Below are positions 18,568 through 28,363 of a stretch of 41,752 bases of DNA, one piece after another. The notes under the pieces are model-generated. The model was not told where the DNA came from. It ran no database searches and worked only from the letters and a program-made list of their open reading frames with translations. The position numbers and the translations under genes are program-made. This stretch comes from Thermodesulfobacteriota bacterium. GTDB taxonomy: Bacteria; Desulfobacterota; Desulfobulbia; Desulfobulbales; SURF-16. The stretch spans positions 4,741 to 46,492 of the forward strand of contig JBFMAY010000031.1 of NCBI GenBank assembly GCA_040755455.1, given 5' to 3'. Positions within the stretch are counted from its first letter, which is position 1. Every line of letters begins with the position of its first letter.

Positions 18568-19398
18568 ATGTCACTGACAGCTGAAGATATACAGACCAAA
18601 CAGTTTCACGTCCGTTTCCGAGGCTTTGATATTGAAGAAGTTGATACCTTTCTGGAACGGGTGGCGGAAAATTTTGCCCTGCTTATGGATGAAAAGAGAC
18701 TGCTGAAAGAAAAAGTCGATAAACTGGAGATGGCAATCAATGAGTTTCAATCTCAGGAAAAGACCTTTCAGCATGCCATCATATCGGCCCAGAGGATCGC
18801 CGATGAAATGCAGGCAAAAAGCCGGCTGGAGGCCGAAACCAGACTTACCGCCGTGCAGCAGGAAATTGACCGCCTGCGTAAACAAAGCGCCGAGGAAAAG
18901 CAGACCCTGGAGCTGGAAATTGCCACCCTGCAACAAAACAAAAGCAAGGCCAAAGATGAGCTGCGGGCCTATCTGCAGACCTATCTTACCTGGCTGGACC
19001 AGGATGTCTCCCTGACGAAAAACCCTCCGCTCTCCCTGCTACAGGCTGATAGCATGGCAGGCGGGCAGCAGACAGCTGCCGAGAAAAAATCGGTCAGGAC
19101 AGCAGGACCGGCCATCATGATGGATGCTGCGCCAGTTGATGAGCTTGATGATCTGTATGAAAAAATAGAGCTGCCCGACGAATTGCACCCCGGAGAAATA
19201 GACACGATGGCCTCGGCTCTGCAGGGGAATGAGGCCGGTGAACCCGATGAGGAGAACCCGGAGAGGCTCACCATCCCGGACCTGGAAGGGGATATGCTCT
19301 TTGCCCTTGAAGACCCCCTTGATAAAGAAGAACAGGAGCCGCAGGTGGCCATTGAACCGCTGGACGACAAGTATTTTCGGGACATGAAGGTGAAATGA
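18568..19398 (+). CDS. DivIVA-domain protein with coiled coil and acidic tail
   Basis: [33 protein letters not shown] is the DivIVA N-terminal domain. Confidence 0.9.
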   Translation: MSLTAEDIQTKQFHVRFRGFDIEEVDTFLERVAENFALLMDEKRLLKEKVDKLEMAINEFQSQEKTFQHAIISAQRIADEMQAKSRLEAETRLTAVQQEIDRLRKQSAEEKQTLELEIATLQQNKSKAKDELRAYLQTYLTWLDQDVSLTKNPPLSLLQADSMAGGQQTAAEKKSVRTAGPAIMMDAAPVDELDDLYEKIELPDELHPGEIDTMASALQGNEAGEPDEENPERLTIPDLEGDMLFALEDPLDKEEQEPQVAIEPLDDKYFRDMKVK

Positions 19399-19691
19399 GC
19401 TTCCTCCGTGAGGTGGCGGAAAATGCCATTGGGCTTGATCTGTACATCCAGCCCAAGGCAGCAAAAAATGCCATCTGCGGTCTGCACGGCAGCGAGCTGA
19501 AACTTGCCATCACCGCCCCTCCGGTGGACGGCAAGGCCAACAAGGCGGTTATCGCGTTTCTGGCCGAACTTTTCGGGGTGGCGAAATCCTCCGTTAGCAT
19601 CACGGGCGGGCAGCAGAGCCGCCACAAACACTGTGTGGTCCACGGGGTTACCCGGCAAGAGGCCAGCAGGATTGTGAACAGTTTTTTTTAA
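19395..19691 (+). CDS. DUF167/YggU family protein
   Basis: IQPKA...[44 protein letters not shown]. Confidence 0.92.
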   Translation: MSFLREVAENAIGLDLYIQPKAAKNAICGLHGSELKLAITAPPVDGKANKAVIAFLAELFGVAKSSVSITGGQQSRHKHCVVHGVTRQEASRIVNSFF

Positions 19692-19716
19692 TTTCTGGAA
19701 GCATGCAAGGCAAACC

Positions 19717-20211
19717 ATGATAACCAGAATCGGTATCCTCTCCGACACGCACCTGATCAGACCGGACGATTATTTCCGGCAACTGGTGGACATCTGTTTT
19801 GCTGATGTTCCCATCATTCTCCATGCCGGAGATCTGACGGATTTAAGCGTGCTGGAGGTCTTCAAGGGCAGGGAGGTTCATGCCGTTCATGGCAATATGT
19901 GCCACGGTTCATGCCGCATGAAGCTGCCCGGTAAAAAAATCGTTCACATCGCCGGCTTTGATATCGGACTGATCCATGGCATGGGGCTGCACCACTACAT
20001 GGAAGAACAACTGCTGCGGGAATTCGACCATGCGGACTGCATCGTGTTCGGCCATACCCACCGGCCGGTCTGCCACCGTCTCTATGAAACCCTGTTTATC
20101 AATCCGGGCAGCTTCCTGGGGTCCGGCCGTTACGGCGCGCCCGGCACCTATGCCATCCTGGAGGCGGGTGAGACCATCACCGGCCAAATCCTGGAAGTGC
20201 CACGGCTCTAG
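19717..20211 (+). CDS. YfcE/MJ0936-family metallophosphoesterase
   Basis: ILSDTH, HAGD, HGN, HG, GHTH, INPGS. Confidence 0.9.
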   Translation: MITRIGILSDTHLIRPDDYFRQLVDICFADVPIILHAGDLTDLSVLEVFKGREVHAVHGNMCHGSCRMKLPGKKIVHIAGFDIGLIHGMGLHHYMEEQLLREFDHADCIVFGHTHRPVCHRLYETLFINPGSFLGSGRYGAPGTYAILEAGETITGQILEVPRL

Positions 20212-20218
20212 GTGATCG

Positions 20219-20728
20219 ATGAAAAATATCTGGACCCCGTGGCGCATGGATTACATTCTGGGCAAGGAAGGTCGCGGCCCTGGCTGCATTTTTGACCGCA
20301 AGCCGGAGCAGACCCACGACCAAGACGAGCTTATCCTGTGCCGCGGCACATCCGCCGTTATCCTGCTCAACCGCTTTCCCTATGCCAACGGCCATCTGCT
20401 TATTGCCCCGGCCCGCCATGTCGCCGAGTTGGCCGAGCTCAGCGCCAAGGAATCGGCCATCCTCATGGAGCATATCCGCGGCAGCGTGCAAATTTTAAAA
20501 AAACATCTGCGCCCGGACGGTTTTAACATCGGCCTCAATATCGGGGCGGTGGCAGGCGCCGGACTTGCCGATCATCTCCATTTCCATGTGGTTCCCCGCT
20601 GGCAGGGGGACCACAACTTTATGACCGTGCTTGGCGACATACGCACCATTCCCCAACACATCGACGAGACATTTGCCATGCTGCTGCCCGATTTCCTGAA
20701 ACTTCCCCAGGACATCAACCATGAATAA
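20219..20728 (+). CDS. HIT-family hydrolase (Ap4A phosphorylase/hydrolase-like)
   Basis: WTPWRMDYI, LNRFPYANGHLLIAP, GFNIGLNIGAVAGAG, HLHFHVVPRW. Confidence 0.92.
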   Translation: MKNIWTPWRMDYILGKEGRGPGCIFDRKPEQTHDQDELILCRGTSAVILLNRFPYANGHLLIAPARHVAELAELSAKESAILMEHIRGSVQILKKHLRPDGFNIGLNIGAVAGAGLADHLHFHVVPRWQGDHNFMTVLGDIRTIPQHIDETFAMLLPDFLKLPQDINHE

Positions 20729-23396
20729 CCCGCTCAAAATGACGCCCATGCTCCGCCAGTACCTGGAAATCAAGGAGCAGCACCAGGATGCCATCCTTTT
20801 CTACCGACTGGGCGATTTTTACGAAATGTTCTTTGATGACGCGGTTACCGCCTCCCGGGTGCTGGGCATCACCCTCACCACCCGCAGCGGCAGGGACGAC
20901 GAAAACAAGGTGCCACTGTGCGGGGTTCCCTATCATGCCGCCGCTTCCTACCTGGCCAAGCTGGTCAACAACGGTTTCCGGGTGGCCATCTGCGAGCAGG
21001 TTGAAGACCCGAAAGAGGCCAAAGGGGTGGTCAGACGGGAAGTGGTACGGGTCATCAGCCCCGGCGTGGTAACGGAAGAGCAGATCCTTGACGAAAAATC
21101 AAACCGTTATATTGCCGCCGTCTTCCTGCGGGAACAATGGGGCGTCAGCCTGCTTGATCTTTCCACCGGCGAATTTCTGGCGGCTGAATATCGGGAACCG
21201 GCGGAAATAATTGATGAACTCAACCGCTTGGCCCCGGCCGAAGTGCTTATTGCCGATCAGCAGACCGATGCCGTCAGGGCAATTGTCGACCAGATGGCCC
21301 CCGCCTGTCTGACCAGCCACCCCTTCTCCCACTTTCACCGGGACAATGCCAGGGAAACCCTGCTTGAACACTTTCACACCACGAATCTCGCCGGCTTCGG
21401 CTGCGATCATCTGCATGAAGGCATCTGCGCCGCAGGCGCCCTGCTGCACTTCATCCGGGAAACCCAGAAGACGGATCTTGCCCATATTGAGCGCCTGGTG
21501 CTCATGGAACGGGACAGTGTGCTGCTGATTGACGACTCTTCCCGGCGCAATCTTGAGCTGGTGCAGACCATTATCGGCGCCAGCCGGGAGGGCTCACTGC
21601 TGGCCACCATCGATCTGACCCGCACGCCGATGGGCGCCAGGCTGCTGAAGAAAAACCTGCTCTTTCCCCTGCGCGACATTGCAGAAATAAACAGAAGGCT
21701 CGACACAGTGGCCTTTCTGGTGGGTGAAAAAGTCCCGGCCGCACCATCTCTCGCCGCTGTGGCGGCAGGGGCCGACAGTTTTGCGGTGGTCAAGGGCGAA
21801 GGGCTGCGGGCCAAATTGCGGGACATCCTGTCCGGTGTCTATGATCTTGAGCGGTTAAACAGCCGGGTGGTGCTGGGCACGGCCAACGGCCGGGACCTGA
21901 CCGCCCTCAAACAGTCGCTGGCCCTGCTGCCGGAGCTGCAGCTCCTTGCCTCCCTGACCAGGGGAATTCTCTGTGAAGAGAGCCAGGGTCTCGATCCGCT
22001 GACGGATATTGTTGATCTGCTCAACCGCGCTGTTCGGGAAGACTGTCCGGTTACCCTGCGGGAAGGCAAGCTCATCAAACCGGGTTATCACCATGAGCTT
22101 GATGAGCTGGTCTCCATCATGACCGACGGCAAAAAACACATCCTGGCCCTTGAGGAAAAGGAGCGGCAACGCACCGGCATCGCCAAACTGAAAATCGGCT
22201 TTAACAAGGTGTTCGGCTACTTCATCGAGATAAGCAAAGGGCAGCTGGCCAACGTGCCGGATGACTTTATCCGCAAGCAGACCCTGGTCAACGCCGAACG
22301 CTTCATCACGCCGGAGCTGAAGGAGTTTGAAAACAAGGTTCTCGGCGCGGAAGAAAAAAGAATCGAGCTGGAGTATCAGCTTTTCTGCCAGATAAGAGCG
22401 CAGGTCGCCGCGGCAAGCTCCCGCATCATCAGGGCCGCCTCCTTCATCGCCCAGGTGGATTTTTTCACCAGTCTTGCAGAAGCGGCCCGGCGATACCATT
22501 ATACCCGACCCCAGGTCGATGGCGGCGAGGAAATCGTCATCCGGGAAGGACGGCACCCAGTCATCGAACAATCTCTGCCGGCCGGCCGCTTTGTCCCCAA
22601 TGACATCCACCTTGATCAGACCGGCCAGGAGGTACTGATCATTACCGGCCCCAACATGGCCGGCAAATCCACCGTGCTGCGGCAGACGGCCCTCATTGTC
22701 CTGATGGCCCAGATGGGGAGTTTTGTCCCGGCTGCTGAGGCGCGCATCGGCATTGTTGACCGGATTTTCACCAGGGTGGGGGCCATGGATGACCTGCGCC
22801 GGGGACAGTCAACCTTTATGGTGGAAATGAATGAAACCGCCAACATTTTAAACAACGTCACGGAAAAAAGCCTGGTGGTGCTGGATGAAATCGGCCGGGG
22901 CACCAGCACCTTTGACGGGCTGGCCATTGCCTGGGCCGTGACGGAAGAGCTGGTGAACAAAAACGGCAAAGGGGTGAAAACCATTTTCGCCACCCATTAT
23001 CACGAGTTGACCGAGCTTGCCCTCACCCATAACCGGATAAAAAATTTCAATATCGCCGTGCGGGAGTGGGACGACAGCATCATCTTTCTGCACAAGCTGC
23101 TGCCTGGCGGCACCAGCAAAAGTTACGGCATCCAGGTAGCGGCCCTTGCCGGGGTGCCCAAGCGGGTGGTGGCGCGGGCCCACGAACTGCTGTACAATAT
23201 AGAAAAAGGCGAACTCAACAGCGACGGCAGGCCCAGGATCGCCCCTGGCAGAAAAACAAAAAAACACCCGAGCCAGCTCAATCTCTTTGCCGCGGAAGAT
23301 GACCCCATCAGAAAAAAGATCAAAGAGATAGAACCGGACCGTTTAACCCCCATTGAAGCTCTGCATATGCTCTATGAGCTGAAAAATGATGCGTAA
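20721..23396 (+). CDS. mutS: DNA mismatch repair protein MutS
   Basis: TPMLRQY, GDFYEMF, TGPNMAGKST, STFMVEM, DEIGRGTST, FATHYHEL; C-terminal clamp motif QLNLF (23274-23288). Confidence 0.98.
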   Translation: MNNPLKMTPMLRQYLEIKEQHQDAILFYRLGDFYEMFFDDAVTASRVLGITLTTRSGRDDENKVPLCGVPYHAAASYLAKLVNNGFRVAICEQVEDPKEAKGVVRREVVRVISPGVVTEEQILDEKSNRYIAAVFLREQWGVSLLDLSTGEFLAAEYREPAEIIDELNRLAPAEVLIADQQTDAVRAIVDQMAPACLTSHPFSHFHRDNARETLLEHFHTTNLAGFGCDHLHEGICAAGALLHFIRETQKTDLAHIERLVLMERDSVLLIDDSSRRNLELVQTIIGASREGSLLATIDLTRTPMGARLLKKNLLFPLRDIAEINRRLDTVAFLVGEKVPAAPSLAAVAAGADSFAVVKGEGLRAKLRDILSGVYDLERLNSRVVLGTANGRDLTALKQSLALLPELQLLASLTRGILCEESQGLDPLTDIVDLLNRAVREDCPVTLREGKLIKPGYHHELDELVSIMTDGKKHILALEEKERQRTGIAKLKIGFNKVFGYFIEISKGQLANVPDDFIRKQTLVNAERFITPELKEFENKVLGAEEKRIELEYQLFCQIRAQVAAASSRIIRAASFIAQVDFFTSLAEAARRYHYTRPQVDGGEEIVIREGRHPVIEQSLPAGRFVPNDIHLDQTGQEVLIITGPNMAGKSTVLRQTALIVLMAQMGSFVPAAEARIGIVDRIFTRVGAMDDLRRGQSTFMVEMNETANILNNVTEKSLVVLDEIGRGTSTFDGLAIAWAVTEELVNKNGKGVKTIFATHYHELTELALTHNRIKNFNIAVREWDDSIIFLHKLLPGGTSKSYGIQVAALAGVPKRVVARAHELLYNIEKGELNSDGRPRIAPGRKTKKHPSQLNLFAAEDDPIRKKIKEIEPDRLTPIEALHMLYELKNDA

Positions 23397-25029
23397 CCTC
23401 TCAATTCTTCTGTCAGTCATCATTTTCCAGCTTACTGCCCTGTCTTATTCAGGTGAGGCCGGGGCTGAACAACGGGTGCCGGATCATATCGGCAAACGCT
23501 TTGCCAAGGCAACATACCTGTATAACAACCTGTCATTCAACCAGGGTGAAAAAAACCGGGACCGCTGGCTGAGCTGCGTGAAATCCCTGCAGCTCGGTTA
23601 TAACCGTGATCCGGGTCATGACAAGGCGCCGCTTGCCCTGTTCATGCTTGGCAGAATATACGAGGAAATGCACAGTCGTTTTCATGATCCCCAAGATCTC
23701 AACGAAGCTGCCGGTTACTATGAAGACCTGGCCATGATTTTTCCCAAGGACAATCTGGCCGATGATGCCCTGCTGAACCTCGGCAACATTTCCCAGACCA
23801 AGCAGAGCGACAAGAAGAAAGCCGAAAAAATATTTGCCCGGATTATTGCCGTGTATCCTGATGGCGATATGGCGCAATCAGCTGCTCTCATGCTGCGCCA
23901 GATGAAAAACGGCGAAAACGGAGCAGCGGCGACCAGCGAAAAAAAAGAGGAACCGGCGGGTGAGCAGCCCTTGGCCCACCTGAGCCAGCCCATCCGCTTC
24001 TGGTCAACCAAAAACTATACCAGGGTGGTTATTGAACCATCTTTTCCCGTTGAGTTCAAAGAGGCCTTTCTTAAGGCTGACGGCGAGCTGCCCAGGCGGC
24101 TCTATGTTGATCTTTTCAACACCCGCATCGCCCCGACCTTTCAGAATGCCATCCCGATCAGGGACGGGCTGCTCAAGCAGGTGCGCGGCGCCCAGTTTGA
24201 CAAGAATACGGTCCGGGTCGTGCTTGATACCGAATCAGTGGAAGATTACAAGATTTTCACCATGGCAGACCCCTTCCGCGTGGTCATTGACGTCACCGGC
24301 GCGAAACCGAAAACCCCGGAAAAACTCCCCACCCTGGCGGAGCAGTTCGGTCTGGGCGTGAAAACCATTGTCATCGATCCGGGACACGGAGGAAGGGACC
24401 CCGGAGCACTCGGCCTAAACGGCCTGCAGGAAAAGGATGTCGTGCTCAAGGTGGCAACAAAGGTGGCGGCGATCCTGGAAAAGGAGACGGCCTTCAAAGT
24501 CCTGCTGACCAGAGAGCGTGACGTCTACCTGCCGCTGGAAGAACGAACCGCCATTGCCAACACCAAAGAGGCGGATCTCTTTCTGTCAATTCACGCCAAT
24601 TCCGCCCCGAACCTACAAGTCAACGGGGTGGAGACCTATTTTCTCAGTCTGGCCACCAGCCGTGAAGAGATGCAGGCAGCGGCCCGGGAAAATGCCGCCT
24701 CTTCGAGCCAGATCAGTGATCTGCAAAAAATTCTGCAGGATCTGATGCAAAACAGCAAAATTGAGGAATCCGCCAGACTGGCCGGTAGTGTCCAGGGTGA
24801 ACTGGTCAATGGATTAAACAAAAAATATGCCGTAAAAAATCTTGGGGTGAAAAAGGCTCCCTTTATCGTCCTGATCGGCGCCCAGATGCCGGCCATTCTC
24901 ACGGAAATAGCCTTTTTAAGCAACAAGGAAGAGGTGCGCCGCCTGCAGGATGACCGCTATATCGAGGCCATCGCCCGCCATATCGTCGCCGGCGTCCGGC
25001 AATATGCGGCAAACCTCAATACCAAGTAG
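23386..25029 (+). CDS. N-acetylmuramoyl-L-alanine amidase (signal peptide, TPR-like region, AMIN, Amidase_3)
   Basis: IVIDPGHGGRDPGA, EKDVVL, LEERTAIAN, FLSIHAN, GVETY, MPAILTEIAFLSN. Confidence 0.93.
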   Translation: MMRNLSILLSVIIFQLTALSYSGEAGAEQRVPDHIGKRFAKATYLYNNLSFNQGEKNRDRWLSCVKSLQLGYNRDPGHDKAPLALFMLGRIYEEMHSRFHDPQDLNEAAGYYEDLAMIFPKDNLADDALLNLGNISQTKQSDKKKAEKIFARIIAVYPDGDMAQSAALMLRQMKNGENGAAATSEKKEEPAGEQPLAHLSQPIRFWSTKNYTRVVIEPSFPVEFKEAFLKADGELPRRLYVDLFNTRIAPTFQNAIPIRDGLLKQVRGAQFDKNTVRVVLDTESVEDYKIFTMADPFRVVIDVTGAKPKTPEKLPTLAEQFGLGVKTIVIDPGHGGRDPGALGLNGLQEKDVVLKVATKVAAILEKETAFKVLLTRERDVYLPLEERTAIANTKEADLFLSIHANSAPNLQVNGVETYFLSLATSREEMQAAARENAASSSQISDLQKILQDLMQNSKIEESARLAGSVQGELVNGLNKKYAVKNLGVKKAPFIVLIGAQMPAILTEIAFLSNKEEVRRLQDDRYIEAIARHIVAGVRQYAANLNTK

Positions 25030-25053
25030 GTTCCCGTGGCAAGCAGAAACGGT

Positions 25054-25806
25054 TTACCGGTTTTTCGCCACCCTGGCCAGAGTGAGAACATCCACCTGGG
25101 CCGCCCCGGCCTGTTTCAAGGCCCGGGCACATTCATTCACCGTGGTGCCGGTGGTGAACACGTCATCCACCAGCACGATCTTTTTGCCGTAAACCTCCGT
25201 TCCCTTGTGCACCAGAAAGGCATCTCGCATGTTCCTGCGCCGCGATAAGCCATCCAGTCCCGTCTGGGAGACGGTGTCCCGCCGGCGCTGCAAGGCGGTT
25301 TTCTTTATTTTCTTTTTCTCATCGGGAAAAAAGGCCCTGGCAAGAAGCAGGGACTGATTAAAACCGCGCTGACGCAGCCGATTGCTGTGCAGGGGAACAG
25401 GAATAATGCAATCCGGTGTTACCAGATCACCGCATGGGCTGCATTGTTGTTTGAATTTTGCAAATGTCTTTAACGCCGCCTTTCTGCCACCGAACTTCAG
25501 TCCCAAAATAGCCTTTGCCGCTGGGGCATTGTACACAATGATTGATCGCGCCCTGGTGAAATGCCAGCTTTTTTTCAGACAGAGCGCGCAGAGATGATTT
25601 TCTCCGGATAAAAACATGATACCGCAGCAGGGGCAGTAAGGTTTGTGGATAAATTTTATTTTTGCAAAACAGCTGTCACAAAAAAGGATGGCGGACTGCT
25701 GCAGAGATATCCCGCAGTTCAGGCAACTGGGGGGGAAACAGAGATCAGCCAGGGCCTGTAAAGAGTGGATGCCGCTAACTGACATTTTTCTAAACATTGA
25801 ATTCAT
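25054..25806 (-). CDS. comF: ComF-family phosphoribosyltransferase-like protein
   Basis: N-terminal Cys pairs, IPVPLHSNRLRQRGFNQS, LVDDVFTTGTT; the start may be ATG 25797 or 25785. Confidence 0.88.
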   Translation of the reverse strand: MNSMFRKMSVSGIHSLQALADLCFPPSCLNCGISLQQSAILFCDSCFAKIKFIHKPYCPCCGIMFLSGENHLCALCLKKSWHFTRARSIIVYNAPAAKAILGLKFGGRKAALKTFAKFKQQCSPCGDLVTPDCIIPVPLHSNRLRQRGFNQSLLLARAFFPDEKKKIKKTALQRRRDTVSQTGLDGLSRRRNMRDAFLVHKGTEVYGKKIVLVDDVFTTGTTVNECARALKQAGAAQVDVLTLARVAKNR

Positions 25807-25922
25807 CAGGGCAACGTGTTAATTATTATCTTTATCAGACACACACAGAGAGCTTGACCGTCAATAAGCTCTTAATCTCCAGGGACTCTCCTTTCCCCCT
25901 GGGTGCAAGGAAAAGAACAACA

Positions 25923-26012
25923 ATGAAAACCGTTATTCATGCCATTATCGCCAGTGCGGTTGCCGTTTTATTCATAAAAAAAATACTAAAAAGCAGCAAC
26001 TGCACCCCTTGA
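25923..26012 (+). CDS. Putative 29-aa hydrophobic small protein MKTVIHAIIASAVAVLFIKKILKSSNCTP
   Basis: ATG at 25923 with AAGGA at 25907-25911; single hydrophobic stretch followed by basic residues. Confidence 0.4.
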   Translation: MKTVIHAIIASAVAVLFIKKILKSSNCTP

Positions 26013-26135
26013 CTCATCATTTACGGATCCATAGGTGTGGGTCTTGTCACCTTTTTTCTGCTCAGTAGATTTCTGTAAAATTTACCTGAATCCTGGCAAA
26101 TATTGTACTCTTTTTTCATAGGCGTCCGACAAAAC

Positions 26136-27251
26136 ATGAAGGTAAAAAACACCCACTACCGCACCATCTGGCCCGATGCATCTGACAGCACAATCATCAA
26201 GATCATTGATCAACGCCTTCTCCCCCACCGCTTTGTCATCGAAGAGCTGCGCACCGTTGACGATTTTGCCGGGGCCATCCTGGATATGCATGTCCGGGGC
26301 GCCGGCCTGATCGGGGCAACCGCAGGATTTGCCATGTATTGCGCCGCCCTGGCCGCCCCCCATGGGGGGGCTGAATCTCATTTTACAGATGCCGCGCAGA
26401 AGCTTGTTGCCACCCGGCCTACCGCAAAAAATCTTGCCTGGGCGGTGGAAAGGCAGCTTGAGAAAATCAGCCGGGAAAAAGACCGGGAAGCCCGCATCAG
26501 AAAATCCTTCCAGGTGGCATGCGCGATTGCCGACGAAGATGCCGCATTCTGTAAAAAAATAGGGGAACACGGCCTGCGACTCATTGCCGCCATCAGCAAA
26601 AAAAAAGGTGGGGAGCCGGTCAATATCCTCACCCACTGCAATGCCGGCTGGCTGGCCTTTGTCGATTACGGTTCGGCCACGGCGCCCATTTATGCGGCCC
26701 ATCACGCCGGCATCAAGGTTCATGTTTATGTCGATGAGACAAGGCCCTGGCTGCAGGGCGCACGACTGACCGCCTGGGAGCTGAAGGAGGAAGGGGTCCC
26801 CCATACCCTGATCGCTGACAACACCGGCGGCCATCTCATGCAGCACGGCATGGTGGATATGGTCATAGTCGGCACAGACCGCACCACCTATACCGGTGAT
26901 GTGGCCAACAAAATCGGCACCTACCTCAAGGCCCTGGCCGCAAAAGACAACAACATCCCCTTTTACGTGGCCCTGCCTTCATCCACCTTTGACTGGGAGA
27001 TTGAAGACGGCATGGGTCAGATCCCCATTGAAGAGCGCTCCGGCGATGAGGTGAATTACGTCACAGGCCTGACCAAGGATAATAGGCTTGAAACGGTTCT
27101 GGTGCCGCCGGAACATACCAGATCGCTTAATTTCGGCTTTGATGTCACCCCGGCCAGGCTCGTTACCGCCCTGATCACCGAAAGAGGGGTGGTTGCGGCT
27201 GACCGGGATGAAATCCTGCGGATGTTTCCGGAAAAAAAGAAGGGAATTTAA
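26136..27251 (+). CDS. mtnA: S-methyl-5-thioribose-1-phosphate isomerase
   Basis: IIDQRLLPH, MHVRGAGLIG, TRPTAKNL, LTHCNAGWLA, DETRPWLQGARLTAWEL, ANKIGTY, FDVTP; ATG 26136 preferred. Confidence 0.95.
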   Translation: MKVKNTHYRTIWPDASDSTIIKIIDQRLLPHRFVIEELRTVDDFAGAILDMHVRGAGLIGATAGFAMYCAALAAPHGGAESHFTDAAQKLVATRPTAKNLAWAVERQLEKISREKDREARIRKSFQVACAIADEDAAFCKKIGEHGLRLIAAISKKKGGEPVNILTHCNAGWLAFVDYGSATAPIYAAHHAGIKVHVYVDETRPWLQGARLTAWELKEEGVPHTLIADNTGGHLMQHGMVDMVIVGTDRTTYTGDVANKIGTYLKALAAKDNNIPFYVALPSSTFDWEIEDGMGQIPIEERSGDEVNYVTGLTKDNRLETVLVPPEHTRSLNFGFDVTPARLVTALITERGVVAADRDEILRMFPEKKKGI

Positions 27252-28363
27252 AGAGAGGCAATCACCCGCTCATGAAAGAGCGGCCTGAACTCTCTGATCA
27301 GATTGTTCTCCCGGGAAGGATGCACGCGGTTGGTCAGCAGCACCATCACCAGTTGCCGCTGCGGATCGATCCAGAAAGAGGTGCCGGTAAAGCCCAGATG
27401 GCCGACACTGCCTTTGCTGATAGAGCTGCCGGCCGATGAGCCGGTGGGCGATGGGGTATCAAAACCGAGTGCCCAGGTGCTTTCCCTGACCATATCCTGC
27501 CGCTTGAAAAATTCTTTGAGCAAGGCATTTGCGAAATGGGGATGAGATGCCTGATCCTGCCAGGCCTCGAGAAGAAAAGATGCCAGCAAAAGCACGCTGT
27601 CAACGGCGCCGAAAAGACCTGCCTGACCGGATACCCCTCCCACCGCCCAGGTGTTATCGTCAGAAACCTCCCCTGCCAGTACTTTCCTGCGCCACGGGCA
27701 GTCTTCCGTGGCGGCAAAATTATTTTTATTTTTTTGCCGGGGATTAAAGACAAGGCGGTCAGCCAGTCCCAGCGGAGCCATCACCTTTTCCATGACAAAG
27801 AGATCCAAGGGCAAACCTGACTGAATCTCGACGATCATTCCCAGCAGAATAAAACCCAAATCGCTGTACAGGGCTCTGCTGCCCGCAGGCCAGCAGAGCT
27901 TATCCGTCAAAATGAGGTCAAGGAGAGTTTTTTTTCTTTTTTTTTCATCAACATGAACGATCTGTTGATAAAAAGGATGGTGAGCGGCCAGACCGGAACA
28001 GTGATTGAGCAGATGACGCAGGGTAATATTTCTTTTATCCGGCACAATATCACGCTGCAGAAGGGAAGGCAGGGGCTCATCCAGCTGTATCTTCTTTTCC
28101 TGCACAAGGCACAACAGGGCAAGGGTGGTGGCAAAAGGTTTTGTCAGTGAGGCAAGGTCGAACAGTGTTTCCCGGCTCATTTTTTTTTGCCTGGGAAACA
28201 GGGAGGCGGAGCCCCAGACTGCAGAAAAATATTTTTTCTGCGGCCCGCAGTTTAGCGAAACACCAACAGCCGCACCGGGAAAAACTTTGCGGCTGATGGC
28301 ATCCTGGATAAGAGGATCTAATTTTTTATATAAGTCAGCAGCAAAAGAAACATCATCCTTCAA
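27248..28363 (-). CDS. Serine hydrolase, beta-lactamase/AmpC-like family
   Basis: SxxK in FDLASLTK, LLNHCSGL, YSDLGF, GHLGFTGTSFWIDP, LLTNRVHP; no signal peptide evident. Confidence 0.9.
   Translation of the reverse strand: MKDDVSFAADLYKKLDPLIQDAISRKVFPGAAVGVSLNCGPQKKYFSAVWGSASLFPRQKKMSRETLFDLASLTKPFATTLALLCLVQEKKIQLDEPLPSLLQRDIVPDKRNITLRHLLNHCSGLAAHHPFYQQIVHVDEKKRKKTLLDLILTDKLCWPAGSRALYSDLGFILLGMIVEIQSGLPLDLFVMEKVMAPLGLADRLVFNPRQKNKNNFAATEDCPWRRKVLAGEVSDDNTWAVGGVSGQAGLFGAVDSVLLLASFLLEAWQDQASHPHFANALLKEFFKRQDMVRESTWALGFDTPSPTGSSAGSSISKGSVGHLGFTGTSFWIDPQRQLVMVLLTNRVHPSRENNLIREFRPLFHERVIASL

Noticed and set aside
25807..26135. Possible SAM riboswitch upstream of mtnA
   Set aside because: Hairpins are present but the SAM-I/II core sequences could not be matched.
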